Shown here piece after piece: positions 1 through 14,200 of a stretch of 64,000 bases of DNA (positions are counted from its first letter, which is position 1; the number at the start of each line of letters is the position of its first letter). The notes below the pieces were generated by a model. It did not search any database. It was not told the origin of the DNA and saw only the letters and a list, made by a program, of their open reading frames with translations. The stretch lies in the NCBI GenBank assembly GCA_045568235.1, contig JBJLBJ010000001.1, positions 167 through 64,166 of the forward strand. Direction: 5' to 3'. The stretch is from Candidatus Thalassarchaeaceae archaeon (GTDB taxonomy: Archaea; Thermoplasmatota; Poseidoniia; Poseidoniales; Thalassarchaeaceae). The position numbers were made by a program, and so were the translations under genes.

Positions 1-2
1 TG

Positions 3-2120
3 AAGAAAGCAGCAGAAGAAAAAGAAAAGAAGAAGATCGCAAGTGCTACGGCCAAGGCAAAGGGACAATCAGAAAGGGCCGCAGGAATTGTGGAAAGTTC
101 TGAGAAAAAACTTGCAAATGAAAAACAAAAGAAGAGCAAAAATGAAAGTGATATAGATAAACTCACGAAATCAATAGCCAAGTCAAGAGAAGAGATGAAA
201 GAAAACGCTCAGTCTAAAGCACGTTTGGAAAAAGAAACTGCAGAAATAATGAAGATAAATAGGGCACTTGATAAAAAATTAAGTTCATTAAATAAAACAA
301 GTAGTGAAACAACAAAGGCATTAGAAAAGTTAGTTAAAGAAGTGAAGCAACTCAGCGAAAAAACGGCCATTGACAATAAGGCTAGGAAAAAAATGGAATT
401 AGATATTGGGAAAGAAACCCATAAACTAGAGCAAGCAAAAAAGAAAATTACAGAAATAAAAAGGAAGAAGGAGTCGGCGATTTCTGAAGGTAAAGTTGCA
501 ACAAAATTAAGGGCAGAGCGAGATATAAAGTATCAAGCCGAAGTTAAGCCAAGAGTAGAGGCTGAAAGAAAATTGAAGAGTCTTGAGGCAGAAGAACACG
601 AATTAACTATAAAATTAAAGAAAACCAAACTTGAGTTGAATAATGTTGAAGAGTTAATTCAAACAAATATTGAAGATAGGAAAAAGATTGAAAAGAAGTT
701 ATTAGAACAAGAAAAGGCGATAGAAAAAATACACAAAGAAAATGACGAAAAACGTCAGAAGATAGAAGAATTGCACAAAGAAGTAGAACAAGAAAAAGGA
801 ACCTCAGCAGAAAAGAAAGAGGTTTTGGAAGCATCTCGAAAGAAACATAAACAAGCAGAAAAGTCTGCAGTTGATATTTTAGTTAGAAGAGAAGAAGTTG
901 AGAAGAAGTTAGACACTTTTAGGGAAAATAATGAAAAAATGGAAAAGGATGCTGAGAAGGAAGAAATGTTAGCAAAAGAAGCTGAGAAAAAGGCAGAAGA
1001 AGATAAGATAAAGGCTAAGAAAATAGAAGAAGAAATTAAAAAGTTAAAAAAATCATTTGAAGAATCCAAGAAAAAGTATGAAATTGCAAAGAAGACAAAA
1101 CAGGAAACTGAAAGGCTTGTCTTAGAAGAAGCAAAGATAAGAAGAGAGTTAGAGCAGAAGACAATCAAGCAGAAGAGTACTATATCAGAATTGAAGAAGC
1201 AATTAGAAGAGCAGAATAAGCAAAAAATAGAAGCTGAAAGACGTTCTCAAGAAGAAATAAAGAAGCGAAAGGCTACAGAAAGAGTTCTCAAAGAAGAAAC
1301 TGAAAGGTATATCGAATCAATGTCTCAAGTCAGTGCAGAAACACTGGCTAGAGAAGAGGCTGAAAGAAAGCAGAGGGTCGAAACTAAGGCGCATGCTGAT
1401 ATGGCAAAAAAGGCTAGTGATATGAAAGTTTCAAGGATTGAAGAAGAAAATAAAGCGAAAGAGGCGATGAGAGGAAAGGCTGCTGCAGAAAAAGAAGAAG
1501 AAAGAGTAAAGGAAGAAAGAATTAATCTTGAGAAGCAAATAAAAGAAGATGAAAAAGTAAGATTAAGAGCAATTAGAATAGCAGAGAGAGAAGATAAGTC
1601 AAAGATGACTGCAGAAGAAAAGATACTTGCAGAGAAAAAGGCTATGCAAAAGGCAAGAGATGATGTCAAAAAGAAGGCTGAAGCAAGAAAGAAGAAGGAA
1701 GAAGAAGAAAGAATGAATAAGCGTATGCGAGAATCAGAAAAAGAGCGAATAAAAAGAGAATTAGAAGAAGAGATTAGTACTGAATTAGAGAGATTGAGAG
1801 GCGAAGAAGACAAAATGACTCCAAAGGAATACATACTAGCTAGAGTTGATGTAAAAGGTCATTTGGTTGACTTTGATCTAATTGGCAGAGCGAGAGGTCG
1901 AGAAGATGATTTGCAAATGATAAAGGGAATTGATAGTTCCTTAGAAGAAAGGTTGAATTTAATAGGAATTACTACTTTTGACCAAATATCAAAAATGAAT
2001 GATGAAGTTGCAGACGTTGTTAATGATGCAATAGAGCATTTCCCAGGAAGAATTAGGAGACAAGGCTGGGTACAACAAGCAAAGGTCATCCTTGAAGATA
2101 ATTTGCTAAGTTCCTTGTGA
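3..2120 (+). CDS. Lys/Glu-rich coiled-coil protein, 5' end outside the window, with a C-terminal H3TH-like (COG3743-type) domain
   Basis: The frame is open from nt 3 to the TGA at 2118-2120, with no upstream stop, so GTG at 90 is only the first in-window start. The sequence is dominated by Lys/Glu low-complexity stretches typical of coiled coils. The last ~65 aa form a distinct globular-looking module. Confidence 0.8.
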   Translation, partial: KKAAEEKEKKKIASATAKAKGQSERAAGIVESSEKKLANEKQKKSKNESDIDKLTKSIAKSREEMKENAQSKARLEKETAEIMKINRALDKKLSSLNKTSSETTKALEKLVKEVKQLSEKTAIDNKARKKMELDIGKETHKLEQAKKKITEIKRKKESAISEGKVATKLRAERDIKYQAEVKPRVEAERKLKSLEAEEHELTIKLKKTKLELNNVEELIQTNIEDRKKIEKKLLEQEKAIEKIHKENDEKRQKIEELHKEVEQEKGTSAEKKEVLEASRKKHKQAEKSAVDILVRREEVEKKLDTFRENNEKMEKDAEKEEMLAKEAEKKAEEDKIKAKKIEEEIKKLKKSFEESKKKYEIAKKTKQETERLVLEEAKIRRELEQKTIKQKSTISELKKQLEEQNKQKIEAERRSQEEIKKRKATERVLKEETERYIESMSQVSAETLAREEAERKQRVETKAHADMAKKASDMKVSRIEEENKAKEAMRGKAAAEKEEERVKEERINLEKQIKEDEKVRLRAIRIAEREDKSKMTAEEKILAEKKAMQKARDDVKKKAEARKKKEEEERMNKRMRESEKERIKRELEEEISTELERLRGEEDKMTPKEYILARVDVKGHLVDFDLIGRARGREDDLQMIKGIDSSLEERLNLIGITTFDQISKMNDEVADVVNDAIEHFPGRIRRQGWVQQAKVILEDNLLSSL
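1901..2100 (+). other. C-terminal ~65-aa domain resembling the COG3743 'flap-endonuclease-like H3TH' module
   Basis: EDDLQMIKGIDSSLEERLNLIGITTFDQISKMNDEVADVVNDAIEHFPGRIRRQGWVQQAKVIL. The pattern IKGIG..LE.kLN.lGI.tF.QIA...........F.GRI.Rd.W..QA matches my recollection of the COG3743 domain found at C-termini of some NuoE and L21 proteins. No profile search was run. Confidence 0.55.
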
Positions 2121-2245
2121 AACTATCTAATATTTCTCCCTTATTTATGTCATTCAATATTAATTGATATGTTGATGATGATATTACATTAAAATTAATA
2201 TTAAGGTATATCATTAATAGTTAAAATGCCTTCGCAGACATTGGA

Positions 2246-5200
2246 ATGTATGGCAAGAAAGAAGTCGGTGCCATCTTTCTAGTTTTCTTGATGATATTGA
2301 GTACGCAAATTGCAATAATTGCTCAATGGGATTATGAATCAAAAGAGTTGTCCGATAATAGTCAGAGATTTGATTCAAACAATGCTGGTGTTAGTACTAT
2401 CTCACTTGGAGATAATTCAGCTTGTGCCATTGGAACAAATCAAAAAATGAAATGCTGGGGAGATGGGGCATTTGGTAAAACAGGTCATGGTAACACAGAA
2501 GATTATGGCGATGAAGAGTCTGAGATGGGACGTTACTTATATTTCACTGATGTAGGAGAAGGCATAACTTTCACAGATATTGCAATTGGTGAAACATTTT
2601 CTTGTGCACTTACTAATGATAGTGCAATAAGATGTTGGGGTGAAAATGACAAGTTAGGTAGTAGTGCAGGATTATCGGGGTCAGGCGCGATTGGAGATGG
2701 ATACCGTGAAATGGGAGCAAATATCAATGTTGTAACTATTGGTACGTGGAATGGAACATCGGTAGAAGCTGGTTCAAATCACGCCTGTGCCGTTGTTAAT
2801 AATGGTACGAATGATTCACTAGTATGTTGGGGAGGAAATTCTGCGGGTCAACTCGGACTTGGCCATACTAACACTATTGGTGATGATTCTGGCGATTTAG
2901 TAGGAGGAGAATTACCTCATGTAGATTTACCAGATAGAGGCCCAATAACAAATATTGCATTAGGCAATGACCACACATGTGTATTGTGGAGTGATGGACA
3001 AATAGGTTGTTGGGGAGATAATTCTCAAGGTCAATTAGGAATTGGTAACACAAACACTATTGGAGATGAATCTAATGAAATGGGTTCCAATTTAGTCTTG
3101 GTTGATTTGCCTAGTTCTAGGAGTGCTACAGCAATAACGGCAGGTAACGATTTTACTTGTGCAATCTTAGATGATTCATCTGCCTCCTGCTGGGGAGACG
3201 GATCTAATGGAAGATTAGGAACAGGATCTACTGGAGATCAAGGAGATGAGTCTGATGAGATTGGGGACGATCTAAATATTCTTAATTTAGGGACTGGACT
3301 TGGTGTAACATCATTTGATGCTGGGGAATCTCATGTTTGTGCAATCTTGACGAATGGTCTCTTAAAATGCTGGGGGTACAACGGCTTTGGACAACTTGGT
3401 TATGGAGATGGATATGATAGAGGAGATGATGACAATGAAATGGGTAACGAATTGGAATCCATACAATTAGGTAGTGGTAGGTTTGCTACTTCGATTCAAG
3501 CAGGAAATGCGTTCACATGTGCCTTACTAGATAATGCACAACTAAAATGTTGGGGAACTGGAGCAGATGGCAGAACAGGTTTAGAATTAACTGGTGCAAT
3601 GGGCGAACAAGTCAATGAAATGGGCGATAATTTGGCATATGTGCAACTTTTTATGCCGTTACCAACATTTTCGATTGAGTGTGATACTCAGGCAGAAGGA
3701 ACAATAGCAGAAAAAAAGGCACTAGATAGTACATCCAGTAGCGTTGGTAACAAAGTATCTAGCACTTTAACATCAAAAAACTGTGCCAGTATAGCATATG
3801 TAGATGATGACTCAAATAAATTAAAATTTGGGATATTTCATAAAAATAAATGGACAATAGAGAAAGTAGTTGAATGGGACTCAGGGATATATGATACGAG
3901 TATTGTTCTTGATTCGGACGATGATGCCCATATTTTCTTCATGGAGGAGGATGGGCCTGTCTATTCAACAAAAATAGATAGTGTATGGAGCTATGTTGAG
4001 CTTGATTCAGAATGGAGTGGTACTACTTTAAGTGCAGAAATTGATAGTTCTGGCAATTTCTATCTTTTTACGTTGACTACAACAGAGATGATAATTATTA
4101 CTTGTCTAGAATCTGCTGATTGCACTAATTCAGGTTCCTGGTCTGAAGTTGGCAGTAGAGCCGTAAACAGTGGAGGTTATGGGCTAGATAGTGACATCTC
4201 ATATGATGATGAGATTTGGATTACATATACTCATGTGAATTTTCATACTCATGTGATGGCTGACACATGTTCCAATCTATGTTATTCGTCACTAAGTAAT
4301 TGGATTCAAAAAACAATTAGTATTTTTGGAAATGTGTCTAGTTCGAATGCATCTTTAGCGATAGACATTGGAGCAGATAAGTCAATTCATATCGTACATA
4401 ATAATATGACCAATGGATTGCAATACTCACACTGTGAAACATCTTGTACCTCCTCCTCATCATGGTCAACTGAAGAAATAGCATCAGAGTATAGTACTGG
4501 AGTTGTAGATATTGCAACAGGCCCAGATACAACAGTCGTGATACTAGCAGGTACACCGGACGGAGAATTTACTCTTCATAAAAAGAATAATCAGTGGCAT
4601 TACAATGAAGTAAAGAATATTGGGGATTCTGGGTGGATGGCTGTAGAAATTACCGATCTTGGACAAATGTGGGGATTTGCATATTATCCAGACGATCCAA
4701 ATCCATTTTACTTGTTGAGACAAAAAGGTATGACTAGTTCAGGACTTAATCTCGATATCGACGGCGATGGATGGTCGAGACTAGAAGAACAAAATTGTGG
4801 TACTGATTTTAAAGATAGTACAAGCTATCCTTCCGATACTGATAACGATGGTATTTGTGAAGCAAATGATGGTGCTGTTACTGGAGAGTTAAGTTTAGGA
4901 GAATCTGATGCATTGTCATTAGGCGAGAAATTTGGATGTGCGCTATTATCTAACAATTCAGTGGCATGTTGGGGAGATAATTCAGAAGGCCAGCTTGGTA
5001 ATACTACGGTAGGCATGAATGTAAGTAATTATGCTGTAATGGTGGATTTTCCGGATGGATTCAAAGCAACTTCAATAGATGCAGGCGCTGCACATGCGTG
5101 TTCAGTTGGAGTAGATTTTACCGCCGTTTGCTGGGGGAGGAACACTGCAGGAGAATTAGGTAGAGGTACATTCTCATCTTATGAATCTCCAGGGCATGTA

Positions 5201-8200
5201 ATTTTGCCTGATGACCAATTAGTTAGGAATCTAGCAGTTGGGACATCTCATAATTGTATCAAAACATTAGAAGGAAATCTGTATTGTTGGGGCGAAAGCG
5301 ACAATCAGAGACTTGGGAGAATAAGTAATGTAAATGTTCAGATTGATAACAACGAAAATTTTGATGATATCACCCAATTGGGATGGACTGGTAACTTTTG
5401 GTCTATAGAAACTTCTAATGGAAATAAAATATTGAAAAGAGATTATTATAATAATTGGAGAGATAATTCATACCAATTACCAGAAAATACTCTGTTCCTA
5501 GTTCCTGGATCGAAAATACAATTCGAATTTGATGCGTATGGTTTTGGGAACAATGCGAACGAATGGCTTAAAGTATGGTCTGGTGATGTTTTGATAGGAA
5601 CATTAGTCGATAATTCGTCAACTAGTTGGGAGGATAATTCATGGTTGAGCTTCGATGAAGGTAAGACAACAATCACTATGACAGTACCTGAAGATTTTTC
5701 TGATACAAGTGGTTCTTTAAGATTTCAAGTAAACTGTTACAGATGTCAAATTAGAATAGACGATTTATCTACCAAGACCTATGCATTTGGATCTACAGAA
5801 GATCAAAATACTCCTGCTAAAGTTACTCTAAGCAATACTAACTCAATATCAGAAATAGCACTAGGAAATCGACACTCTTGCTACACCCTAGAAACCAATT
5901 ATGGAGGTGACGAAACATACTGTTGGGGATATAATGGAGGAAGACACTTCAATGTACTAGGAAATCCCAGATACAATGGTGAAACTAGTTATGAGCCTCA
6001 GTTAGTTGATCTTTCTTCAAGAAGAAGTTTAATTTCTTCTGTATGGGACAATTACAACGTAGATAGTATCAATGCCGGTAGTGATACCTCCTGCGTAATA
6101 ATGGATAATTTAGAATCTATTTGTTGGGGTAAATCATCTCAGACCGAATATAATAGTCCGAGTTCAAATGTAATAATTTCAGATGGAGAATATCCTGCAT
6201 TAATGAAAACGGGCAATATTTGGAGCGTTGCATACTATGATTCCTCAAGTCAAGATTTAGGTTATGCTATTTATGATGGAAGCGTATGGAATACAGAATA
6301 TGTTTACTCAGGCAGTAACGATGTAGGCAATGGAGTATCGATAAGTGTAAACTCAAGAAATCAAACCAACATAATTGCATATGATTTTACCAATGATTCA
6401 CTAGTTCACTTTAATAGACTTACAAATAGTACCGAATATACCGCTGTTGACAGTGGAAACAGTTACTTTCCGACTACAGTAGTTGGACCAGATGGATACA
6501 AACATGTAGTTTATTATGACAATAGTAATAGGGATATGAAATACACGTTCTTTAATGGCTCAGAGTGGTCAACGCCGACAATTATTGAGGCAGGATCTTC
6601 GTCAAGTGGCATTTATTCTGGATGGGGAATTAAAGATTTAGAAGTAGACTCAGATGGAAATTTACATCTAAGTTATTTTAGATGGAATGCTGGACCTAGT
6701 AATGATATTATATATCTGAAATATGCTAAATATAATGGAACTTCTTGGAACATAACACAAGTTCGTGAGATAATATCAAGTGGAGGAGTGAGTACTTGGG
6801 TAGGAAAACTAGAAACCTCATTGGATTTAGATTCAAATAATAATCCGCATATAGCATATTATGATAGTAGAAATTCAACTTTAAACTACGTATACTATGA
6901 TGGAACGGCATGGTCTGATACGGTTTTAACAGATGAGAGTTATGATAGAGGACAATTTGGTTCAATTGGTTTGGATAGTAATGATTATCCAAGAATTGCA
7001 TACTTTAATCAATCAGGGTATAATTTAGAACTAGCAGTCTGGAATGGTTCGAGTTGGAACTTCGAAGTAGTTGAATCTCCTGCAAATTCAGGCACTAGTT
7101 TAGGAAAGTATTGTAATCTAGAAATAGGATCTAATGATTTAACTCAGATATCTTATTATGGAGAAAGCGGTCATTCTATAAAATATGCCATAAATGAAGA
7201 TGATAATTGGAATATAGAAGAAATCAATACTTTTGGCATTCAAATTAGCAACAATTATCCGCTAAGATTTGGAATCGACAATATTAATAATCCCAAGATT
7301 GCTGTTACAGACTACACAGGGACTGACAATGTAGTAGTTATTTACAAAAGTTTGGGAGCTTGGAATATATATGAGGTCGAAGATAATTCAGGAAAACATA
7401 GTGCATTTCCAGACTTACATGTTGACTCTGAAGGAACGGCACATGTGGCTTATGTGGATGTGAATCATAGATATGTAAGATATACAACAGTTTACACAGA
7501 TACAATATGGACTGAAGAAACAAATTTAATAGAAACTGGTGATGTCTCGGGTTCTGAACCAGGTACATCATTGCACTTTGATCAAAATCAAGAGTTGAAT
7601 GCAATATATATTGATGGTGATGAATCGAAATTAAAACAACTCATTGTTCATGAATCAGGAGACATAAAAAGAACTGTTTTTGCAGACAGAGGATGGTATT
7701 CCTCGATGGAAATAGATAGTTCAGGAGTTTTGCATGCAGCATATTGGGAATATACTAACTCAAATCTAGTTTATGCGAAAAAGGAAGGAAGTCTGTGGCA
7801 AACTACCATAATAGATTCTGAAGGATCGGTTGGGAAATATCCATCTTTAGTATTGGATAATAATCAAATGCCTCATATTTCATATAAAGATGAGACGAAT
7901 GATGAGTTGAAATATGCTAAATATAATGGTTCTGGTTGGGAAATAAGCCAAATCGATAATAACTGGGACACTTATTATAATTATGGAAATATTGGTGAGA
8001 CTTCGATCGGTATTGATTCAGAGAATAATCCTCATATCGCATATAAGGTACAAGATGGGAATGGAAATGGGGCTTGGGAGTATTTTGTAAGGTATGCCTA
8101 CTATAACGGAAGTGGATGGGAATTAATTGATGTAAAGACTCAAGATAGAACTGAGTCGTCTTGGACAAGTTACAGCAATACAGGTAGAGATGTTTCAATA

Positions 8201-11200
8201 GCAATAAATAGTACAGATTCAGTTTTCATCATATATTTTGATGACTACCAAGATGATTTGCGTGTAGCCAACATTACTGGGCTGAGTTTGGCGACAGGAA
8301 GAGTGGCAAATAACGCAGCGGGACTTGAGAGGAGTGCTGCTTTAACTATTGATTCCAATGATTCATTACATGTAGCATATTATGATAGAAGTGGTGCAGA
8401 TCTGCATTACGCTTATTGTTCTCTTTCATGTGAAATAGAAGGAAATTGGGATATTACTACTGATGTAGATGCTTCTACTAACAGTATTGGAAGGAGAGTG
8501 GACATAACTGTAGATACAGATAATAACCCCCATATCGCTCACTATGATGCTAGGAATGATGATTTGGAGTATGCGTATTGTGAAAATACTTGCGATAATC
8601 AAGCGTCATGGAATAAGACGACAATCGAATCAGGGAACAATGTAGGCTACATGCCTTCCCTTGTGCTGGACAATGATGGGAATAAGCATTTTATTCACTA
8701 TAATTTTTCATCTATAAAAGTCGAATATTCAGTTCTCTATTCAGGTATAAATTCAATTTATAATATATCATCCGTGGGTTCTCATCACTATCAATTAGGA
8801 TCTGCTGTTACCAGTAGTAATAATTTCATACATCTATCATATTACAATGGAAGTGAAAGTGATGGGAAATTACAATATTCAAATATTAATATAATAACTG
8901 GAATGTGGGAAACTACAGTAATTGATGAAACCGCAACAAAAATCGGACTATACTCCGATATCGATCTTGATAGTGATGGTAATCCACATATCTCTTACTT
9001 TGATGCAACAAATAATCAAATAAAATATGCAAAATTTGATGGAACTTCATGGACAATTACAGTAATAACTACAGTAGGGAGTGCAAGTAGTCATACTTCA
9101 ATCGTGTTGGATGATCTAGACAAAGCACACGTTGCATATAGAAATTCAAATAATGGAAATTTGGAGATGGCATCATGGAGTGGTTCGGATTGGGCAATGA
9201 CTACTCAAGATAATGGAGGAACAGGAATTACTGATAACTCAGGTGTTGAAATTAATATCCTTGATGGGAAAAAATATTTAGCATTCTATAATGGAGGAAA
9301 TGATAATTTAGAATTTGCTACAGCAGGATATTACAGTCCATTATTAACAGGCAATTCAGTATATCATCACTCTGGTACTTCATTAGATGGCGGATCTAGC
9401 CCAGTAAGTGCAATTGATATTGGAGATACACATGGATGTGCCATCATTAATAATGCAACTAAATGTTGGGGGATAGGGACTTTCGGGCAACTTGGCGATA
9501 ATAATTTTGGAGCTGGGTCACTATCTCCAGTGAGCGTAACTTCCATATCTGGATTTATTCCAATTGAAGTTGCTGTATCAATAGAGGAGTCTGAATCTTC
9601 CGATTCAGGATTTTCTTGTTCCATATATAGAAATTTATCAACAGATGGAAGATATGTAATGTGTTGGGGCCATACTGAAAATGGCAGGATTGGGTCTGGT
9701 TCTTCCTCGGGCAATTTAGGTGAGCCAAGTGTAACAAATATGGTAAAGACTGGAGAATCAACTAATTTGGCAATTGTTGATGGTAGTGAATATCATGCTA
9801 CAGGGCCAAATGATGTAATGGAAGTAGTTTTGAATAAGTGGGTAGATTCTGGACATGGTTGTGCATTATCATATGCAGGACACGTAAAATGTTGGGGATA
9901 CAATCTCTATGGAGAACTTGGAATTGGAAATACCACAACTATGGGCGATAATGTAAATGAAATGGGAGACGATTTAGCATTCGTACCTCTTGGAAATAAT
10001 AGAACTGCAAAGAAGATATCCGTAGGAGCATACCATACATGTGCAATTTTAGATAATGATAGTGTAAAATGTTGGGGTTATAATGGCCATGGTCAACTTG
10101 GAATTGGAAATACTACTACTATTGGCAATAACTTATGGAGCATGTGGGGAGATAATCATCCCACGGTTGATTTAGGAACTAATGTAACTGCTACGCATAT
10201 AACGACTGGGGTTTGGCATACATGTGTAATAACAAATTTAGGAGATGTAAAGTGTTGGGGAAGGAATAACGTTGGCCAACTTGGACTTGGAAATACCACA
10301 CAAATTGGAGATGAGTCTGATGAGATCGGAGATAATTTACCGAGTGTTGACCTAGGATATGGAAGGACGGCTATAGATATTGTTGCTGGGTACCAAAGTA
10401 CTTGTGTCATATTAGATAGTGGATTGGTAAAATGTTGGGGATACAATGGCTATAATCAACTTGGACTTTCAAATACAAACAACATAGGAGACTATGCAGA
10501 TGAAATGGGTAATGATCTAGCGATAACAGATTTGGGAGATAATATAACTGCAACATCTTTGGATTCTGGCCTTTACCACTATTGTGCTATTATAAATACT
10601 GGAGATGTAAAATGTTGGGGATACAATGCCTATGGTCAACTTGGACTTGGAAATACCACATCCCCTTGGGGGAATGTTGATGGCCATATGGGAGATAATT
10701 TACCGAGTGTTGACCTAGGTTCAGGAAGAACTGCAAAGCAGATAGGCGTAGGAGGATACCATACATGCTTAATTTTAGATAATGAAGATTTAAAATGTTG
10801 GGGACATAATAACCAGGGCCAACTTGGACTTGGAAATACCAACCAGATTGGAGACCAACTTGGAGAAATGGGAGATAACTTGATTTCGCCAACAATACCA
10901 TCCAGTTATATTAAGTCGGTTACAAGTGGTTTGAGAACGTCTTGTGCCATCATATTTGATGATTCAGTCAGATGTTGGGGATATAATGGCTATGGTCAAC
11001 TTGGACTTGGAAATACAGACAACATTGGAGACGGTGTAGATGAAATGGGCAGTAACATGCAAATTACTGACATTAATCTTGTAGTGCCCGATACTGATGG
11101 CGATGGATGGATAGATATATGGGATGATGACGATGATAATGATGGATATATAGATTTTAATGATGATTTACCATTGGACGTAAGGGATTGGATAGATTCC

Positions 11201-14200
11201 GATGGAGATGGTCTTGGAAATAATGTAGATACTGATGATGATGATCCTACAGTCAAAAATTCAGAACAGGATACAAAATTAACGTGGTCAGATATTGAAG
11301 AAGAAGCTTGTAGATATTTGCCTTGGAGTTCTGCGTCTACACCTTCGGATTACGATGGTGATGGCATATGTGATAAATTAGATTCGGACATTGATGGCAA
11401 TGGTTGGGAAAATTCGTATCAAAGACAATGTCATGATGTTGGATATTCAGATTCATGGCAGCAAACAGAATTCTATGGTGATTCCATATACGATGGAGCC
11501 AATTATGGAGGTTATGATTTTGTCATAGGAGATTATGGAATTCAGTTATTTGCCACATATTATGATGATTATCTTCAACATAAATTACTAAAGCATTGGA
11601 TGAATCTAGTCTCCTCGAGACCATCTGATTTATATGACGCAAATGGATATAATCATTTTGATGTAGAGTCTCAAAATGGAACATTATTCGTTGCTAATGA
11701 ATATCGCATAAGACAAGGTGCAATACTGAATGGAAGTCTATTATCGAGCAGCAATATGCCAGAAGCATCAGTAATGACTCAATCCTCCAATGGAGGTGAA
11801 TTAACGATAAGTCAAGATGGTCAAATGGTTGTAAGATATAATACCGGTAGTGGCAATAGAGTATATGGTAGTTATTTAAACACAGGAATAAATTTCAATT
11901 TTGATACGCCAATATCGGCATCCGGAGGTCAAATGATTTTTGGCCCTAATGGAAGGCTACATTTATTACAAGTTGATTTAGATGCAAGAAATTCGGACTT
12001 ACCTGTTGGATTTTACCACTCATATGCCGATCTTGGAAATTCTATGTCAGGTTCGACTACAGTCGATTGGAGTGAGCCTGAATTAATTCTAAATAGAAAT
12101 CAAAGTACATCCCAATACTCAGCTACCGATTATTCAGATGCCTCAGATTATTATGCCGACTTACATGTATCAAATGATGGAACAATTTATGCTGCAATGT
12201 ATAATACTACTAATTTAGTGATTGGAACATATGATGGCAGCTCATGGGGTAGCCAAGTTATTGCAGAAGCAACAGGGTCTAATGCAGGTGTTACGATATC
12301 ATCAAATTCAACTGGTATACCTCATATAGCTTGGCTGAATCAATCCTCAGACGTTTTAATGCTTTCAACCCTTGAAGGATCTGATTGGACTAATGTAGAA
12401 GTTTACAATGCGTCAGGAATTACTTCGTGGACGTATTCACAAACATACAGTAAACTCACACTGAGATTTAATGAATTTGATGATATATTCTTGATGTCTT
12501 CTTATGGAAGTCAGCCTAGTGCATTAATTCACCATAAAAGTCCGTTAAATTTCCCAGAATATAGTTACAGTCCCGGCGATTCCAATACTGATGGGATATG
12601 TGATAATTTGCAATATGCAGTTATTGAATACGAGACTGACCGTATTGTTTTCACAGAAGGCGAAGAAGATAGTGTAACGCCTACGTTTAGAGGTCAAGAA
12701 TTAGTGGAAGTTTGGGCTCCTTCACTCCCATCCGGATTAACCATAAATAACACAACGGGAATCATATCTGGAACGCCAATTATTTCGGATTTAGAAGGTA
12801 CTACTTACACCATATATTCTAATAGCTCTGATTCATCTTATCCTTACTCTTTAATCATATATGTAACTTCAAAGCCCTCTCATTATGCGGGATATGGTAG
12901 TTATTATGGATATCAAAGTTTATCAAATGGAATAAAAGAGATGTCTAATGCATATGATTCTGAAGGAAACCTGTATTATTATGGACATTGTCAATATATC
13001 TCGGAATGGGCGACAGATGGGGCTGTAGATAATTCATTTAATAGTTGTATTAATTATTATGACCTTATAGTAGCTAAAAGATATAGTAATTCAACATGGG
13101 CATGGGTAAAGCACTTAGATTGTAGTAGTGGTTGTTATGAAGGAGGATTGACCTTAGATGATGCAGGTAACTTATATGTTATTGGACACAGAAACGGAGG
13201 AGATCTAAATCTACCTGGTGATGATTGGGACTTGCCTTCTAGGAATGCAGCTTATACGATATCTTTCGATAATGATGGAGAAATAAGATGGGCGAAAGAC
13301 ATCTACAATCCATCTGGGGGCTATACAGTTTTTGTATTAGGGCATATGTATTCTTCCAGTGGAGCAGGTTTAAGTCAGATTAGTGTGAATAATTCTACAG
13401 GTGAATTGACATTCGCTGGAAGTTTATATTTTACAACGTCGAGCATGTCTTATAGAACAATTCGAATTGGAGATTTAACATATACAGAAGATGGAACATA
13501 TTACAGTTACTATAGGCCATTCATTGTAAGAATGAATGCAAATGGAAACTTTTCATGGTTTCAAAGTTTTAACTCCTTGCATGGGAGTCATAATACCTTG
13601 GAAGATATGGTAGTTCATGATAATGGAACGGTGAGCATATTAATGAAAGCATTTGGAAATGTTCAATTGGGTGAACATTATATTGCAGATACTGGCAATA
13701 AAGCAATATTAGGGAACATAAATTCATCTGGTAATTGGACTGGTGGCATCATTATAACTTCCAATCACGAAGAAAGTAATTTGTTTGATAATAGCCAAAC
13801 TTATTTAATGATGGAAAAAATATCTAGTGGTAACTTGATAATTTCATTGTTAGTTACAGATGATGCTACAGAAATGACAATAAATGGAGTTTCTTACTGG
13901 CTGAATACCACATGTGAATATGATGACCTAGTCCTATTCAAAATAAATAAAGATGATTATACTGTTCAAAGTAGCAGAGAAATATGTTACCTTAACGGTG
14001 CATTATCTAATGGGCATAAAGGAAGCGATATGAAAGTTGACTCAAAGGATAGGTTATGGCTATTTGTTGGCAATCACGCATCATACTATGCCTCCTTCCA
14101 TGGAATTATTAGAACCGACTCGAATCTTAATACAGACTTCAGAGAGAATTTTACGCATTATAATAATCCTAGTAGTACTTATCAATTTGGATGGCAAGAT

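Noticed and set aside
607-2089. Antisense ORFs (607..834, 755..1168, 1325..1834, 1859..2089) opposite the Lys/Glu-rich gene
   Set aside because: GAA/AAG/AAA-rich coding sequence has a reverse complement (TTC/CTT/TTT) free of stops. The predicted proteins are Ser/Phe/Leu low-complexity and lie wholly inside a much longer ORF.
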